NCBI RefSeq assembly: GCF_018350175.1
Contig: NC_058368.1
Location: 233,060,001-233,124,000 of the forward strand
Direction of reading: 5' to 3'
From: Felis catus
Taxonomy: Eukaryota
DNA length: 64,000 nucleotides
The translations under genes were made by a program, and so were the position numbers. Of the stretch, positions 1 through 13,739 are shown one piece after another. The stretch's first letter is position 1. Every line of letters starts with the position of its first letter. The notes below the pieces were generated by a model. The model had not been told where the DNA came from. It saw nothing but the letters and a program-made list of their open reading frames with translations, and searched no databases.

Positions 1-1920
1 ATCTGTACATGAATGTTTATAGCAAATGTTAGAATCACCAAAAGCTGTAAGCAATCAAGTTCCTTTAATAGGTAAATGGATGAGTAAACAGTGGAACATC
101 CATACAATAAAATACTATTCCAGATTAATAGGCATGAGCTTACAACAAGCTTATATCAAACCTTGTAAAAACATGGATATGCCTCAGATATTAAGTAAGA
201 GAAGGCGGTGGGCAAGGCTATCTACTTACTAATGATTCTACTCATATGACATCCGGAAAAGGGAAACACGTAAAGATGGCAAGCAGGTCAGTGGGTATCA
301 AAAGCGTATAGTCCAGAAGGATTGAATACGTGAAATGCAGGGGATCTGTAGGGCCATTAGCTGTTTTGTATGATATTTTAACAGTGGATAAGTGACACAA
401 TGTGTTTGCCAAAACCCAGAGAACTTGGAAAATTAGCAAACTCTTTAAGCTGAAAGGCGGAAGGAACTGTACGTAAACACTGCCCTCTAGCAGATGAAGT
501 TGTTTCCCGCAGAGGTACAGGCGAACAAACTACTAAAACTTCTAAGCACTTCTAAGCACGTCTATAACTACTGTACAGGTAGACTGGTATTGAAGAATTA
601 AGTGAATGGATGGCAGGTACTGGCAGCCAGGCTTCTCACTCTGGAGGTGGGAGGTCACAAATGAGGAAGGGGAGAAGGTTAGAATAATCCACATGTCAAC
701 TGATTGGAGTTGGATGTAGGTAGGAACTCATGATTAATGGAACATCGATACAGATGGATACACATAGAAATGTTTACTGATGTGTGTATATACACATTAT
801 CCATATACACACGTATCACTCCTTGCTCCTTTAGCTAAGGGCAACTAAAATCAACAACATCTCATCCCAGCGAGCATACCTAGTATCCAGGTTTTACTTT
901 CTAAATGCCCTTCTCCAATAAAAGGAACCAGGACTCCTTGGAGAGATGGCTGATTTGGGGGTCCGGGGTAGGAAATACGTAGAATGAGTCTGGAGCATCT
1001 CGAAGAGCCAGAACATTAGAAAGTGCTCAAAGAGCACACGATGATGGGGTTGCGTCCCAAGGACAGAAGCCAGTTGAAAGAGCTCCTGATGATGAAAGCT
1101 GGAAAATTATGAGCAACCAAATAAGTAAGTATTGGATTTAGCCCAAACTATCAAATTAATATCCATGAGTCCATACTGAAATACAGATACGATTGAATCG
1201 ACAAATAGATGGGAGAGAATATACAAATATCCCATGGAGAGTAGGCTCCACGTAATTTGAGGAGATACATCCCCCTCAAGGAGGGAAGCGTCCCTGTCCA
1301 CTTCATCAGCGTGGGCTGCGCATGACGACTTCCAAAGAGTACATAGGGGAAAGGGGAGGAGATAGGGTAGCTTTACAGTAGAGAATCTGACACAACTACG
1401 GCAGCCAGAAGGTCAAGATTAACACCAACCACCATAACTCATACTGACAGCAGGTGACCTGGTGACGGGATGAAAATGACTCTTCACTCCGGGGTCTTCC
1501 TCCCAGACACTCACAGCCCCAGTCTAAGGAGGAAAACGTCAGACAAGTCTTCACTGAGGGACAGTCTACAGAACGCCCGGCAGGTACTCCCCAAAAGTCA
1601 AAGTCGTCAAAACAAGGGAAGTCCGCGAAACGATCACGGCCGGGAGAAGCCTAAGGATACACGACAACCAAATGTGATCTGGTCTCCCGGACGGAATCCT
1701 GGGACAGAAGATGGCGTGAGGCAAAACTAAGGACGTCTCAATAATGGACGGACATCAGCTGTTAATATTTTATCCATATGGGCTTATAACTTTGACAACT
1801 GATCAATGTAAGATGTTGCTAAGAGGGAAACTGTAAGGTGAAGTGTAGATGGGTAATATCTTTGCAATTTCTGTATCAACATAAACTCTTCTAATTAAAA
1901 AGTTAAAAAAAAAAAAAAAC
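1..1920 (+). mobile_element. Ancient LINE-1 3' end (end of ORF2 plus long 3' UTR, L1MC3/L1MD-like), ending in poly(A)
   Basis: L1 ORF2-end motifs (gaatgtttatagca, aatggatgagtaaacagtgg, catacaataaaatactattc); UTR motifs ggaaccaggactccttggagagatggctgat and ttctcactctggaggtgggagg; A-tail at about 1905-1919. Confidence 0.75.
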
Positions 1921-2303
1921 CAAACATTGCAAGTGTCCGGTAGACATGAAAAAAACATAAATTTTGAGCTGCTGTTACACAACAATGTCATGCGGCCTTA
2001 TTCTCTAAACCACGCCCCCCATCTTTTTTCCACCTCCCTCCAGCGATTCTGTATCCACCCTCCCCACCAAGGTTGAGCCACTACCTTTGCTCAGCCACCA
2101 TCGCACCCCAAACACATCCCCCGAAAATGCACTTGTTAGTTTAAATCAACAATTGAAACTACTACCTCTTCAGGTGATGATATTTGGGATAAATAGGGCT
2201 AGCTGAACTATCTTATTAAAATTAGTTTTATTTGTTTTAGAAAACTTTGTTGTATTTGTTCTAGAACATTTTAAATCGTATGTGTGGCATGCATGCTATA
2301 TCC

Positions 2304-2526
2304 TTTTTTGTTTTAAATTTCTTTTTAATGTTTCTTTATTTCTGAGAGAGAGACAGAGTGTGAGGGAGGGAGGAGCAGAGAGAGAGGGAGACACAGAATA
2401 GGAAGAAGGCTCCCGGCTCTGAGCTGTCAGCACAGAGCGCACGCGGGGCTCGAACTCGCGCACCACGCGCGAGATCATGACCTGAGCGGAAGTCGGGCGC
2501 TCACCGACTGAGCCACCCAGGCGCCC
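2304..2526 (-). mobile_element. Can-SINE (felid SINEC_Fc-like)
   Basis: Reverse complement of the gggcgcctgggtggctcagtcgg head, (CT)n region and A-rich tail. Confidence 0.95.
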
Positions 2527-2798
2527 GACAGGCTATTTCTACTATACAGTGTTATTCTAAAGCATGCACACATCCTGATGCGCTACAGCTAATGTAACAT
2601 TGTTCAGGGTTTCATGAGCCTTCCAGGCGTGCCACGTATGTCTTCCCTGCCAGTGCTGATAGACCACTTCCAGAAGAGGGAGGCAGGAAGACTAACTAGG
2701 ATGCCCACTGGGCACTCTATGCTCTCAGCACACAGCTGGGAGCTGCCCCTACTTTCCAAAGAGTCTATTCCCGTGAGGATTCTGACCTAAAGGTTTCT

Positions 2799-2916
2799 GA
2801 TGAGCACTGGGTGTTATACGTAAGTGATGAATCACTAAATGCTACTCCTGAAACGAATACTCCACTATAGGTTAACTGACTAGAATTTAAATAAAAACTG
2901 GAAACATTAAAAAAAA
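2799..2916 (+). mobile_element. Short, severely 5'-truncated carnivore LINE-1 3' UTR end
   Basis: gatgagcactgggtgttatacgtaagtgatgaatcactaaat...tagaatttaaataaaaa followed by an A-tail, matching carnivore L1 termini. Confidence 0.8.
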
Positions 2917-3799
2917 GAAAGACATCCTGACTATAGCCTGACGCTCTGAAAAACTCTGATCAAAATCTAAGAGATACAGTAATATCAGAAGCCAAACAAA
3001 GCACCCACACATTTTCAGCTGTTTATCTCAAGGTAGCAATTTATAGATTCCAACATTGACTTAAACAATTACGTGTCAAAATAAATACCCAAGAGTTTCA
3101 GATAATGTATTCTCGTCTGAGAGGTGCTTCGTTACTTTGGAAGCTGGGGATATATTTCCGTTTTGGAACCTGCATTCAGCAAGGATGCAATTTTATATTT
3201 GGTCATTTATAGATCCTGGCCATAATTTATGAGAGGAAGTAAGAAAAAGACATGATAGGAAAATATGAACTATTCCCTTGGGACAGAAAAAACAAAGCTA
3301 AACAATACAGCCATAGGATAATATGCCGTATGTCTTCCCACAATGTCGGGTCGTCAGACTATTTCTGCTAAATTCACACGGTTAGTCGATGATGAATCTT
3401 TTTGTTTATTAATATGGTTCCCAGTTGCCCCACATGGAAATTAAATCTTAAGGATTTCAATGAGAAGCACATTTTGAATAAAAAAAAAAAAGAAACCACT
3501 TTATCTTTCTCAGAAAAGCTGTCACACCATTCTCTGCATGAGCAAAAACACATATTTTTAGTGAAGATTTGAGTTTGGAGGTCATTAAGTGTAACTTTTA
3601 CAACTCCAAGGTCTTTTGTTTTTATTACTTTTCAGAAACTTGTTGTTTTCAAGATCAAGTTGAAAAAAACAGACAATGTAAACATCTAACTTGTCTCAGA
3701 AATCACAGACTACCAAAAGATACAGGGTTTTAAGTTCTTGTGGTTTTTTTGTCGTAAGTATTTGAGATTCTAAGGGAATAATAGAAGTTATCCAATTAG

Positions 3800-5330
3800 T
3801 AGCAATTTTTTAAGTGCTCTCAGGATACCAGGGACATGCTGGTGAACAAAACCTCCCCTCTTCCTGGGAAACAGACAACGATCTGTTTCCCACTATGATC
3901 ACCATTCACAACAAATGATGACCATTATGTTCAATCATGTTATAATGGAGGAAGCACAGATAATTGAGGAATGGAAGCAGGGCTGACTCACCCTGTCTGG
4001 GGCCAGAGGAGGGATTCTTTATAAAGGAATACTTAAACTGAGACCTGAACCAGAGGTGGAGTATGAGGGTTGGGGAAGACTGTTCCAGGTGGAGAACAGG
4101 GCAAAGACAAAGGTCCACAGTTGAGAGAGAAGATGGAGCCTTTGGGACAAATGAGGTCCGTCCCCAAGTCTGGGCTCTGGAGGATGAGTGGTAATGAGGC
4201 GGCAAGAGGGGCTGAATCCAAGGACTTGAGAGCCAGGCTGTTTGTTTGTTATCTACAAGGCCCCGGGAGGACACTGAAGAGTTGAAGTACCACACCATTG
4301 TGTTCAGAAATGTCCCTCTGGCTACAAAGACCAGAGAGGCAGCAGGGGAGCAGGAGACAAGCCAGAGAACTAGATCCATAGTCAAGGATAAAAGTACCCC
4401 AGCGGGAATTGAAAGGGAAAAATGGGTGGGTGCAACAGATATTTCAGAAGAGCTACACGCATTTGGTGATTGTTTGAGTGTTGGTAACGAAGGAGAAGAT
4501 CAGCACGACTTTATTGAGCAAACCAGGGGTGCCATCGCCATTACACCTACACAAAAGTCCCTTGATGAAGTTGTGCACCGTGGTGGAATTTGAGAGCTCA
4601 GTGATGAAAGAATATGTATGCCCCTACCCTGGATGGAAGGAAAATTGTTAGTGTAAGGTAGAAAGAGGATTGGAATCCATGATGGAGTAGCATGAAGTTG
4701 GTAGCAGCGATGAGGCAATATGGTGAGTTGAGTGCCAAACAGTTTGAGTTTCAACACAGAGTTGCAAAAGAAAAGTGAATATGTGTCTTCCAATCAGGAT
4801 ATTGGGCTGTCAAGAAACCTTGATTCCCATGGAGTGACTGAAGCTAAAGAGTTGCCAAAGATTAGACAAAGATAGCATGTAGGGACAGAAGAATCGAGGC
4901 CAGTATCAAAGCCTTTGGCATGACAACATCTGTTGAGGGGGAGACGAGAGGGAGCCTGATGAAGAGACAGGGAGGGTTGTGTAAGACCAGGAAAGGGTCG
5001 TGACACAGGATCCACAGAAGAGAGCGAGGGCACAGAGTAGCTGAGATTGCACAAAGGAGAGTGCCCATAGGGTTTAACGATACGTGGGTCACGGGACTAG
5101 AACAATTCCACTGGGAGGAGGGACAGAAGCCAGATGGCAATGAATTCAGGATGCGGGAGGAAGTACACAAATAGAAGCAGAAGGTGTAGACAGACTGTGC
5201 AGCTCAGTTATGAATATTAAGGCAAGCTCGCTGGGAGGAGTTAGGGCCATGGAAGGTATTGAAGATGCAAAAGAGAATGGCGTTTTGTTATTGCTGGTAT
5301 TGTTTAGGGGGTGAGTCACCCACAGCCCAG
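3800..5330 (-). mobile_element. Degenerate L2 LINE fragment
   Basis: Purine-rich L2-antisense motifs (ctgagacctgaa, gactgttccaggtggagaacagggcaaagacaaagg, ttgagtttcaacaca, gagggagcctgatgaagagacag). Confidence 0.65.
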
Positions 5331-8300
5331 GCAACTCACTTCCTGTAGGCGGAGGAAGAGCCCTCTCCCTGTAACAGGGGGCTATGTTCTCCCACCGATT
5401 TGCAGTATTTTTTCACTTGAGTTAGCTCAGAGCTCGGAGAGGATATAAACTGATAAAGCCTGATGTCCAGAGAAGTTTTTTTAGAACCATCTTGAAAATT
5501 CACATGTCCCCTAACACAATGACTGTTTCATCAATTTCTGGAGGAGTTCCTTTTCCCTTTTCAATTTACCTGTTCGATGGCTTATAAAACTTTCATGCTA
5601 ACAGTACAGGAAATTCAAATAGTGACAGAGACATAGAAGAAAAAAAGAACATCCATCCTCACAAAACGACTCCACATGAATCTGTAAAGCTGAAGTTGGA
5701 CACAATGGCTAGATTCTTGAAGAAAAGCCCTCGGCTAAAGATTCTCATCCTGGTGGCCTGTAGTCAGTTGCCGACGTGATAGATGCACAGGGAATTTGGG
5801 CTCAAGCTGGTGCCGGTTTGGTTCGAATTTGAGATCTGGCATTACTACCGCTCTGCCAGCTGTGTAGAGTTCCGTTCCACTTCTCAGGAAGGTGACCAGC
5901 GTCTTGGGACATCGCCTAATCCCCGGAGTGAATCTGAGCAAAAGCTCAGATTTGATTCCTGATGGTCCAGGAACTGGCATCACCCTGGCCTCTGTCGAGA
6001 AGCACCTCCAGATACCGTCAAAGAACAGCTCAGGGATCAGAGTCAGGCACTAACCCCAGTTAAGCCGGGGAAAGGAAGTAGGAGATCTGCCTTTGTTGAA
6101 AGCATTCCCCTCTGGGTTGTCCTTTCCTAACTCAATCCCTGGCCCCAGGTTCCCAGGGACCACCGTCCCATCCTTTTTCCATCTCACATCCCCCTGTCTC
6201 CAGCTTGGGAAGCCACTTTCCACTCTCAGCTGGTGCTTTTTCTCCCATGATTTGGGTCTCCCATGATTCAGAAGTCCTTTCCACCTGCTGTCAGAGTGTA
6301 AGATATTGAAAATCAATATCAGAAAAGATCCCTTTTGCCTTCATCTTCTGTTGTCATGCCCCTCACGTAGACAGCAAGTTTATAATGAGGGCAAGGAAGA
6401 AAGGGAATATTGAAGAAGGAGAAGAAGAGAGCACAATAAAGCAAAATGCCCCATCCCAACAGCAAGCTCTCAGAAGGCTCAGACCGGCAGGGAGGGTGTG
6501 AGCTCGGACACCACGCTCCCCTTTGTCCTAGAGCGAGTACAGCCTTGACGATCCTCTAAAGGGTCTGAATGGAAGGAGTAGGGTCTGCTCCCTGCATAGG
6601 GTGGGTCAAAGCAGGCACACTCTGGCTGACAGGCCAGGCTTTATAGCCCCGATCACTACTCTTCCCGAGGGGTACTGACACCTGCGGTTCCCCAGAGAGA
6701 AAAGGATGATCCTCACAAAACCATAGACATTGGCCTCTGACTCTCATCTTTGAAAGGACTTTGGGGAACCCCCTGCTGCCAGGGTCTATCATTAGCATGT
6801 GAGCTGCAGGAAATGAAAAGAAGACACTAACCCTGCTTCCACAGAGCTTCAAGGCCACCAGGGAAGGGTCAATGGTAAACAATCGCACAACTACATAAGC
6901 CCTTACTACTGTGATGTATAGTGGGGAGGTACAGTGGGGGTGGCGGCGTCGGTGAGAGCTGGCCAGGCAACAAGAAAGAGAGGAAAAACCACCCCAGGAG
7001 GTCTCAGGACAGGAAGAAATTCAGCCAGTTTGCCACAAACAGCGGGAGGCGGGACCACGAAGAGAAGCTAGAGACCCGGACAAAGCTTTAAGTACTCTTG
7101 GACTTTAAGATTCATGGGACGCCATTTTGGAAGCTTCTCTCAGGCTGCTGTTTGGGGGCGTGTTTGGGGGAGGCCATGCACGACCTGGAAGAGCCCCTTC
7201 AGGAAGTTACATCCTCACTTTGGCAAAGGTATGCGTGCACCTTCAAGAGCTGAAAGATTGCCTGTTTTCTGAAAACGCAGACCATTGTAAAACAAAACCA
7301 AATGGGACTTGTTGCAACTTGTTTTTGAAGTGAAGTTTCTTTGCTCTGCTATAATCAGGGTATTCTAAATTGTGGTTACAATAAGGGACCCAAAATGCAA
7401 AGGCTAGAGCAATAGAGGTTTCTTTCTTGTTTGCTCAACAGCCTAGGGCTATTCCAGTGACTCTGTCATTTGTGTGGTTTCCAGGAGTTTGCGAGCCCAC
7501 CATGCCAGTCATCCAGGAGAAAACCTAAGTGGGAAGCATAGCAAATGCAGGCCAGCTCAAGAGCAGAGAGCGGATTTGAGCAGTATATTTCATAGCATTT
7601 AGGGGGCTTGTGGGTATTTAGCTTTGGAAACTACTCTTTGGATTCGTTTTCCATTCCTTGATTGTTCCTCTCTGGGCATCCCAATCTCAGGGACCAGTTT
7701 TTTCTCGTCTCTGGCCTTGAAGGGACTTTTGGCTTTTGATTCCCGAATGATACTTTGCCTCGACAGAAAACAAAATAAGACCTAAAGGCTTCTAGGGGCA
7801 ATGGTGGGCAGCCGGAATATACCCCATTAAGTGGCACTCTTTTTTTCCCCACTAAATTCCAGGTATCAAAACGTTTACTTATTTAGCCAAAAAAGTATAT
7901 CATAGCTGACAACAATTAATTAAAGTTCAGCTCCCCTGTTCTTTATTTTCTACTCTCACACTGTAATCCCCAAATGCCATGAACTTTGAACGAAAAAGTC
8001 TCATCATAATACTCCATGTAAAAACCATTCATGAAAAGATTCCCAAGGTCCTCCAAACTGCCCCATGAATGCATAAAACAAGTGCAATTTTTAGTATAAA
8101 GATTGTTTTGCCAGGAAAAAAATATTAAGAGCATTAAGCTACTATTAATAACCATTCCTGACTCCTCCTACTAAAATAACTTACTGTATCTCACATCACA
8201 TCAGTCAATACTCTGTAAAATCCTTCTCACGTTAATGTTTGGAGACGGATATAATCTCTCCAAGACTATATTCAACATAGAGCTTTGTGTCTTAATCTGG

Positions 8301-8360
8301 AACAATGTTGCTCGCTTTTTTATTTGAATGGAGTTTCAACGAAAGCAGGATGCCCTCTCA

Positions 8361-8504
8361 TTTATTTGTTTGTTTGTTTATATTGGGGGGGAGGGGCAGA
8401 GAGAAAAGGAGACAGACTCGGTCTCATAAAACCGTGAGATCACGACCTGAGCCGAAGTTGGACGCTCAACTGCGTCCAGCTGACTGAGCCACCCAGGTGC
8501 CCCC
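8361..8504 (-). mobile_element. Can-SINE with internal deletion
   Basis: SINE head and tail present but middle missing; flanked by aaagcaggatgcc / aaagtaggatgcc. Confidence 0.85.
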
Positions 8505-9548
8505 AAAGTAGGATGCCATCGTAAGGAAGGCTAAGTGCATGTCCAAAGGGGCTTCTGCAGTTGCCTCTCAGGCGTCTGCATTTAGTCTTGTTGACCCTGG
8601 GTTTGAACCCGAGTGGCAAAGCGGTACATTTTGCGCGCTTCGTTACATTTAAAAACGACCCGTTAGAATCTGCTGCTTTCTGGAGATGTGATGAGGTCAA
8701 GAGTATATTAACTATGGTTGTGCTAGACAGGAAAAGGTAAGCAGTGGTGCGCACGGGTGTTGTTGCTGGGGAAAGGAGGAACTTTGTGAAATGTGAAAGA
8801 CATTTGAAACACATAAAACTATTTTACCTTGAAAAACTACTTCACCGAAGCGTGGTCATTCTGCTGAAACTTTACATCCAGTATCTACTGATGTTAGGTG
8901 TTATCACAGCAAACTTTTTTTTTTTTCCCTATGATACCGGGGAAAGGACAGGTGTGGGTGTTACTTAAAATTCAAACAAATGTTCTCATTGGAAACAAAA
9001 AGTTTACAGCTTAAGAGCATTATAACGAGTAGAGATCGTAAACATCGTGTGTTTATCTTCTCAATAAATAATCCAAGAAACAATGGTTTCCGGGGACAGA
9101 GAGTTTAAGAAGCTTTACTGACCGTTTTACGGAAACAGGGTTTGCAAAACTTTATAAAATAATTATTTTAAATAGCCAGTAGTTATTTTAAATAGCCAAA
9201 TCATAGATTTTGTTATAAAGCTGCAATCAATTTTTATATTCAAATACGGGAATCATTATTCTACTCGTTAACTGCCAGGGGTTCCAAAGCAGGATTCCAT
9301 ATAAGTAAACACCGCTATAATACAGGTTTGGCTTTTCGAGTTATGTTCTCCCTCTGGAAGTTTTGGCAATAGGTCTTTCTCTGTCAAATGGACAGAGAAA
9401 CGGACAACAAAATGACTGATGCATCCTATAGCCTGAAAAACCAAGCAAGCCACTCCATACTGTCTACACAGAGTTGCATTCAGGGTGACTCTACTGGCAG
9501 AGGCATCGGGTAGGCAAATGATCTTGAAAAAAAATGATCTTCAAAAAA

Positions 9549-9757
9549 ATTTTTTTAATGTTTATTTTAGAGAGAGAGAGAGGACAGAGCATGGGCAGGG
9601 GAGGAACCGAGAGAGAGGGAGACACAGAATCTGAGGCAGGCTCGGGACTCTGAGTTGTCAGCACAGAGCCCGATGTGGGGCTTGAACTCACAAACCGTGA
9701 GATCATGACCTGAGCTGAAGTCAGCCACTTAACCAACGGAGCCACCGAGGTGCCCCC
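9549..9757 (-). mobile_element. Can-SINE
   Basis: Full-length SINE consensus on the minus strand. Confidence 0.95.
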
Positions 9758-10785
9758 TGAACCACCAGCTTGTATAGAGTGAGGGGCACAGTGATTGGGT
9801 CACAGGGTAGTTATCTCCAGTGGGACCATCTGTGCACCACTTTAGGGAAGATCAGAACAACTCTCCCCACATTTCCACTCTGGGCACACATTCACCACCA
9901 CACGGCCTGGAACAGCCTGGAACATGTGGCCCAGAGGGAAGTCACTGCATGAAAGGCCGGAAGGCCAGAGACCGAGGCAGTGATGTTGGAGTTCCTACAG
10001 CAGCTAACCTAAATCAGCCTGGAGCACTTGGGGGTCTCCTGTGTGGTTCTCTCCCATCAGTGTCTGTGAGTTGACATGTGCACCCGATGTCTTATTACTG
10101 TGAAACATCTAACGCTTGTGCATCTTTGGTCTTTGTCACCGGGAGCAGCGCCTGTCACACTGACTTGCTGGCACTCTCCCCCTACCCTGACCCGTAGTGG
10201 TGAAGTCTTGCTCACCAAGGTCAGCTCGCTGATTCCTCTTGAGATGCACAACTTACTGGGCCAGCGGTCCGCCTTCACAGGGTTTCAAAGGAAGCTGAGG
10301 ATCAGGACCGGGGAAATCACTGAGGGTGTGTGCACAGGAGGGTACGCAGGGGGAGGGTGCGCACGGGTACTGAGAGAGTGTACAGGCCACTTTGCGGGGC
10401 GGTCTCATTCAGTTAGAAGAGTTCCGGAAGTGGAAGTGGAAGAGGAAGTGGCCCCAAATGAAAGGATGTGACATCAGAAGGCGGGGGGACTTGGAGTCTA
10501 TGTTTCAGGGGTGGTGCCGTTATTGATCATGACCTTGGAGCAAAGAGGGCTGGAGGAAGAGGGGAGCAACACTGATCTAACTAGGATAAGGGACCAAGAT
10601 CCCTACCGCTCACCCCCAGGGTGTCCTACCCACCGTTCACATGGACGTTGTGGTCACCAAGCATGGAAGGATGTGGCCAGGGACTGGGAAAGTGACAGGA
10701 AGGTGGAGGTGGCAACAGCTAGAGAAGGGAAAGAAAGTCCCAAAAGATTACCCACAGCTGAAGAAATAAAGTAAACCATGTTGGG

Positions 10786-10808
10786 CTTTTCTTTCTTTCT
10801 TTCTTTCT

Positions 10809-10842
<34 letters not shown>

Positions 10843-10963
10843 TTCCTTCTTTCCTTCCTTCCTTCCTTCCTTCCTTCCTTCCTTCCTTCCTTCCTTCCTT
10901 CTTTTCTTTCTTTCCTTCTTTCTTTTTTTCTTCCTTCCTTCCTTCCTCCTTTCTTTCTTCTTT

Positions 10964-11013
<50 letters not shown>

Positions 11014-11070
11014 TTTTCTTTCTTCTTTTCTTCCTTCCATTCATTCATTCATTCATTCATTTGTTCATTC
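10786..11070. repeat. Compound (TTTC)n/(TTCC)n microsatellite followed by (ATTC)n
   Basis: Directly visible; explains the K/E/R-rich and F/L/S-rich spurious ORFs. Confidence 0.97.
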
Positions 11071-11129
11071 GGTTTTTTTTTTTGGCTGGCCTATTATTTG
11101 CAGTTAACATGTCAAAAAAATAACTTCTC

Positions 11130-11347
11130 GGGGCGCCTGGGTGGCTCAGTCGGTTAAGCGGCCGACTTCGGCTCAGGTCATGATCTTGCGGTCGGTGAGT
11201 TCGAGCCCCGCGTCCGGCTCTGTGCTAACAGCTCAGAGCCTGGAGCCTGTTTCGGATTCTGTGTCTCCCTCTCTCTGACCCTCCCCGGTTCATGCTCTGT
11301 CTCTCTCTGTCTCAAAAACAAATAAACATTAAAAAAATTAAAAAAAA
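11130..11347 (+). mobile_element. Can-SINE with TSD aataacttctc
   Basis: ggggcgcctgggtggctcagtcggttaagc head; duplicated flank on both sides. Confidence 0.95.
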
Positions 11348-11361
11348 TAATAACTTCTCTA

Positions 11362-12020
11362 GGTGGGAATGTAAATTGGAGTCGTCTCCATGGAAAACAG
11401 TATGGAAGTTCCTCAAAAACTTGAAAATAGAACTATGATATGATCCAGCAATCCCACCAGAAGTCAAAACAGGATATCGAAAAGATGTCTGCAGTCCCAT
11501 GTTTATTATGCATCATTTATAGTAGCCAAGATATGAAAGCAGCCCAAGTGGCCACGGCAGATGAATGGATGACGAACACGTGGTATATACATACAGGGGA
11601 ATATTATTCAGCCACGAGAAGGAAGGAAATCCTGACATTTGGGACAGGCGGGATGGACCTTGAGGGCACCCTGCTAAGTGAAGACAATCTCATAGAAACA
11701 GAGGAGAAAAGTGGTTGCCCAGGAGCTGAAAGGTGGGGGAAATTGGGAGACATTGGTAAAAGGGTACACATTTTCAGCTCTAAGATGAATAAGTTCTGAG
11801 GCTCTAAAACAAGGTGATTAGAGTTAATAACACTATACTGCATAAGTGACATCCACCCCTCCCAAAAGAGAGATCAATATGTGAGGTGACCAGACGTGTT
11901 AATGAACGAGATCCTGGGATCCCTTTCACAATCTATATGTACATAAGACCACTGCAATGTGTACTTTAAATGCCTGCCGTTTTTTAATCAACCGTACCTC
12001 AATAAGACTGAAAAAAACTA
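11362..12020 (+). mobile_element. LINE-1 3' end fragment (L1MA/L1MB-age)
   Basis: ggtgggaatgtaaattgg...atggaaaacagtatggaagttcctcaaaaa...gatccagcaatcccac; 3' UTR taagatgaataagttctgag; ends ctcaataa plus A-rich tract. Confidence 0.85.
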
Positions 12021-12667
12021 AACTGCAAAAAAAAATGTGCAGAAAAAAAAAAAACAGAGTGAACAAAAAGCAGGAAAATAAACTCCAATCTCAGAAAGCC
12101 ACTGGATGATACAGTCGTCGGATGTTTCGATGGTGGGAGGCTTGTTTGGACTTTACTTTTTCACAGCATTTACCTTATTTCCTCCAGAAGACATTCCCAC
12201 GCTTCTTCTGTACATCTTCAATTCTTGGCTTTGCTTTATCTTTCTTCATCGTTTCCTGATTATCTCATGCTCAGAGATGCTAAGGCAGACTCTTCATTTT
12301 CCCAGGATGACATTTAAAATGACTTCATGATGAGACTCCCAGGACCTCTCTGCAAATCTCAGCTGTGATTAATGGCTCCAAATTTTAGTGCTTTTGATGA
12401 AGATGATGGTATGGGGCATTTTGTTTGTTCCAGGCTGTCAAAATATGACAAAATTGACTTTGACCTCCTTTCCACAAGCCTCTTGGGGTTATTGAAGTTG
12501 TGTGTGTTTATCAGTCTTGAGCGGAAAACTGTGGGAACATTGTACGATCTGTGTGCCTCAGCTGCAGGAAGGAAAAACTGTTGAAAATTGCCGGCACCAT
12601 TTTTCCTAATAAATGTGCTATTTCTCTTCTTACCACAATATTAAATACACATCATTTTATGTAGCTA

Positions 12668-12777
12668 TTTTTATTGATTCATTTTTTACGTAGGCTCCGT
12701 GCCCAACGTGGGGCTTGAACTCACAACCCTGAGATCAAGAGTCACGTGCTCTTCCAACTGAGCCAGCCGGGTGCCCC
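12668..12777 (-). mobile_element. Short tRNA-Lys-derived carnivore SINE (older type lacking the CT region)
   Basis: ggggcttgaactcacaaccctgagatcaagagtcacgtgctcttccaactgagccagcc is antisense to a tRNA-Lys-like head. Confidence 0.85.
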
Positions 12778-13739
12778 TATATATCGAAAACAGGGAATCA
12801 AAAAGAGCCAAGCAGTGCAAAAAAAAAAATAAATAAATAAAAAAATATATATATATATATATATACCAGTGGTGGCAGGTAATTGGGTTGCTAACACTCT
12901 CTCATACAGAATCTCAACATCATGCTTTTTAATTAACAAAAATTAAAATCATGGTTTTTATAAATCACAAGTCTAGACAGGAGAATAGGTTGACTTTCTT
13001 TAAAGCTTTATGTCTCATTAACCTGAGTTTTAAAAATACTTGTATAGGCTAAACGTATTGAGTAATTGATAGATAAATCAAATCGACAACCTTATCTTTT
13101 CCACATGGAATTCTAGTTATTTTTAAAAAGCCACTACATCTATCATTCTAATAAAAAAAAATAGCTGAAAAAATATGCACACTGTTAGGTGGCGATTTAA
13201 GTTACTGAATTTTAGGTACGTTCTTCTCATGTTAAATTCTAATTTTTCCTGCCAACTCTTCTGTACTATGAGCAATTACCTATGACTTCATATAAGCTGC
13301 TTCACTCATAATGAATTGCAGGATCGCATTATCCTATTAAAAAAAATTAATGCTTTCCCAGATGTAGGCATTTGTCAACATGTAGCAAACACGCACTTAC
13401 GATTTACGCATTCCGTGTCACGTAAAATCTATATAAAACTATAAGCAAATGTTGAAATCTAGCTAATTACATGCATGCAAACTATTTGGGAAGATGTGTT
13501 GTTCACTGTGATTTACTTTAAAAGGCATAAAAACCGTTTGATGGAAAGACAGAAGGGTTGGTTCTTGTGTGAGAATCTGACGGACAAGTAGAGTAAAACG
13601 TTAATGGCAGAAAATAGATTTAGGCTCTGAGAGACTTCATTAGAAAACTATTTCAGTTTCGCTTAATGTTTGAAAATATCCAAAATAAAATGCGAGTTGG
13701 TGGGGAAACTGAGTCTCTACTGCTTGTGCTGTGTTAAAT

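Noticed and set aside
3906..4593. Overlapping ORFs of 62-159 aa
   Set aside because: They lie within the decayed L2 element
8572..8742. Strong donor AAG|GTAAGC with an open frame upstream
   Set aside because: Weak acceptor, unrecognised peptide; such motifs are common by chance
10654..11107. Long K/E/R-rich and F/L/S-rich ORFs
   Set aside because: Translations of the TTTC/TTCC microsatellite
11130..11230. tRNA-like A/B boxes in SINE heads
   Set aside because: Derived from tRNA-Lys but part of SINEs; no standalone tRNA cloverleaf seen
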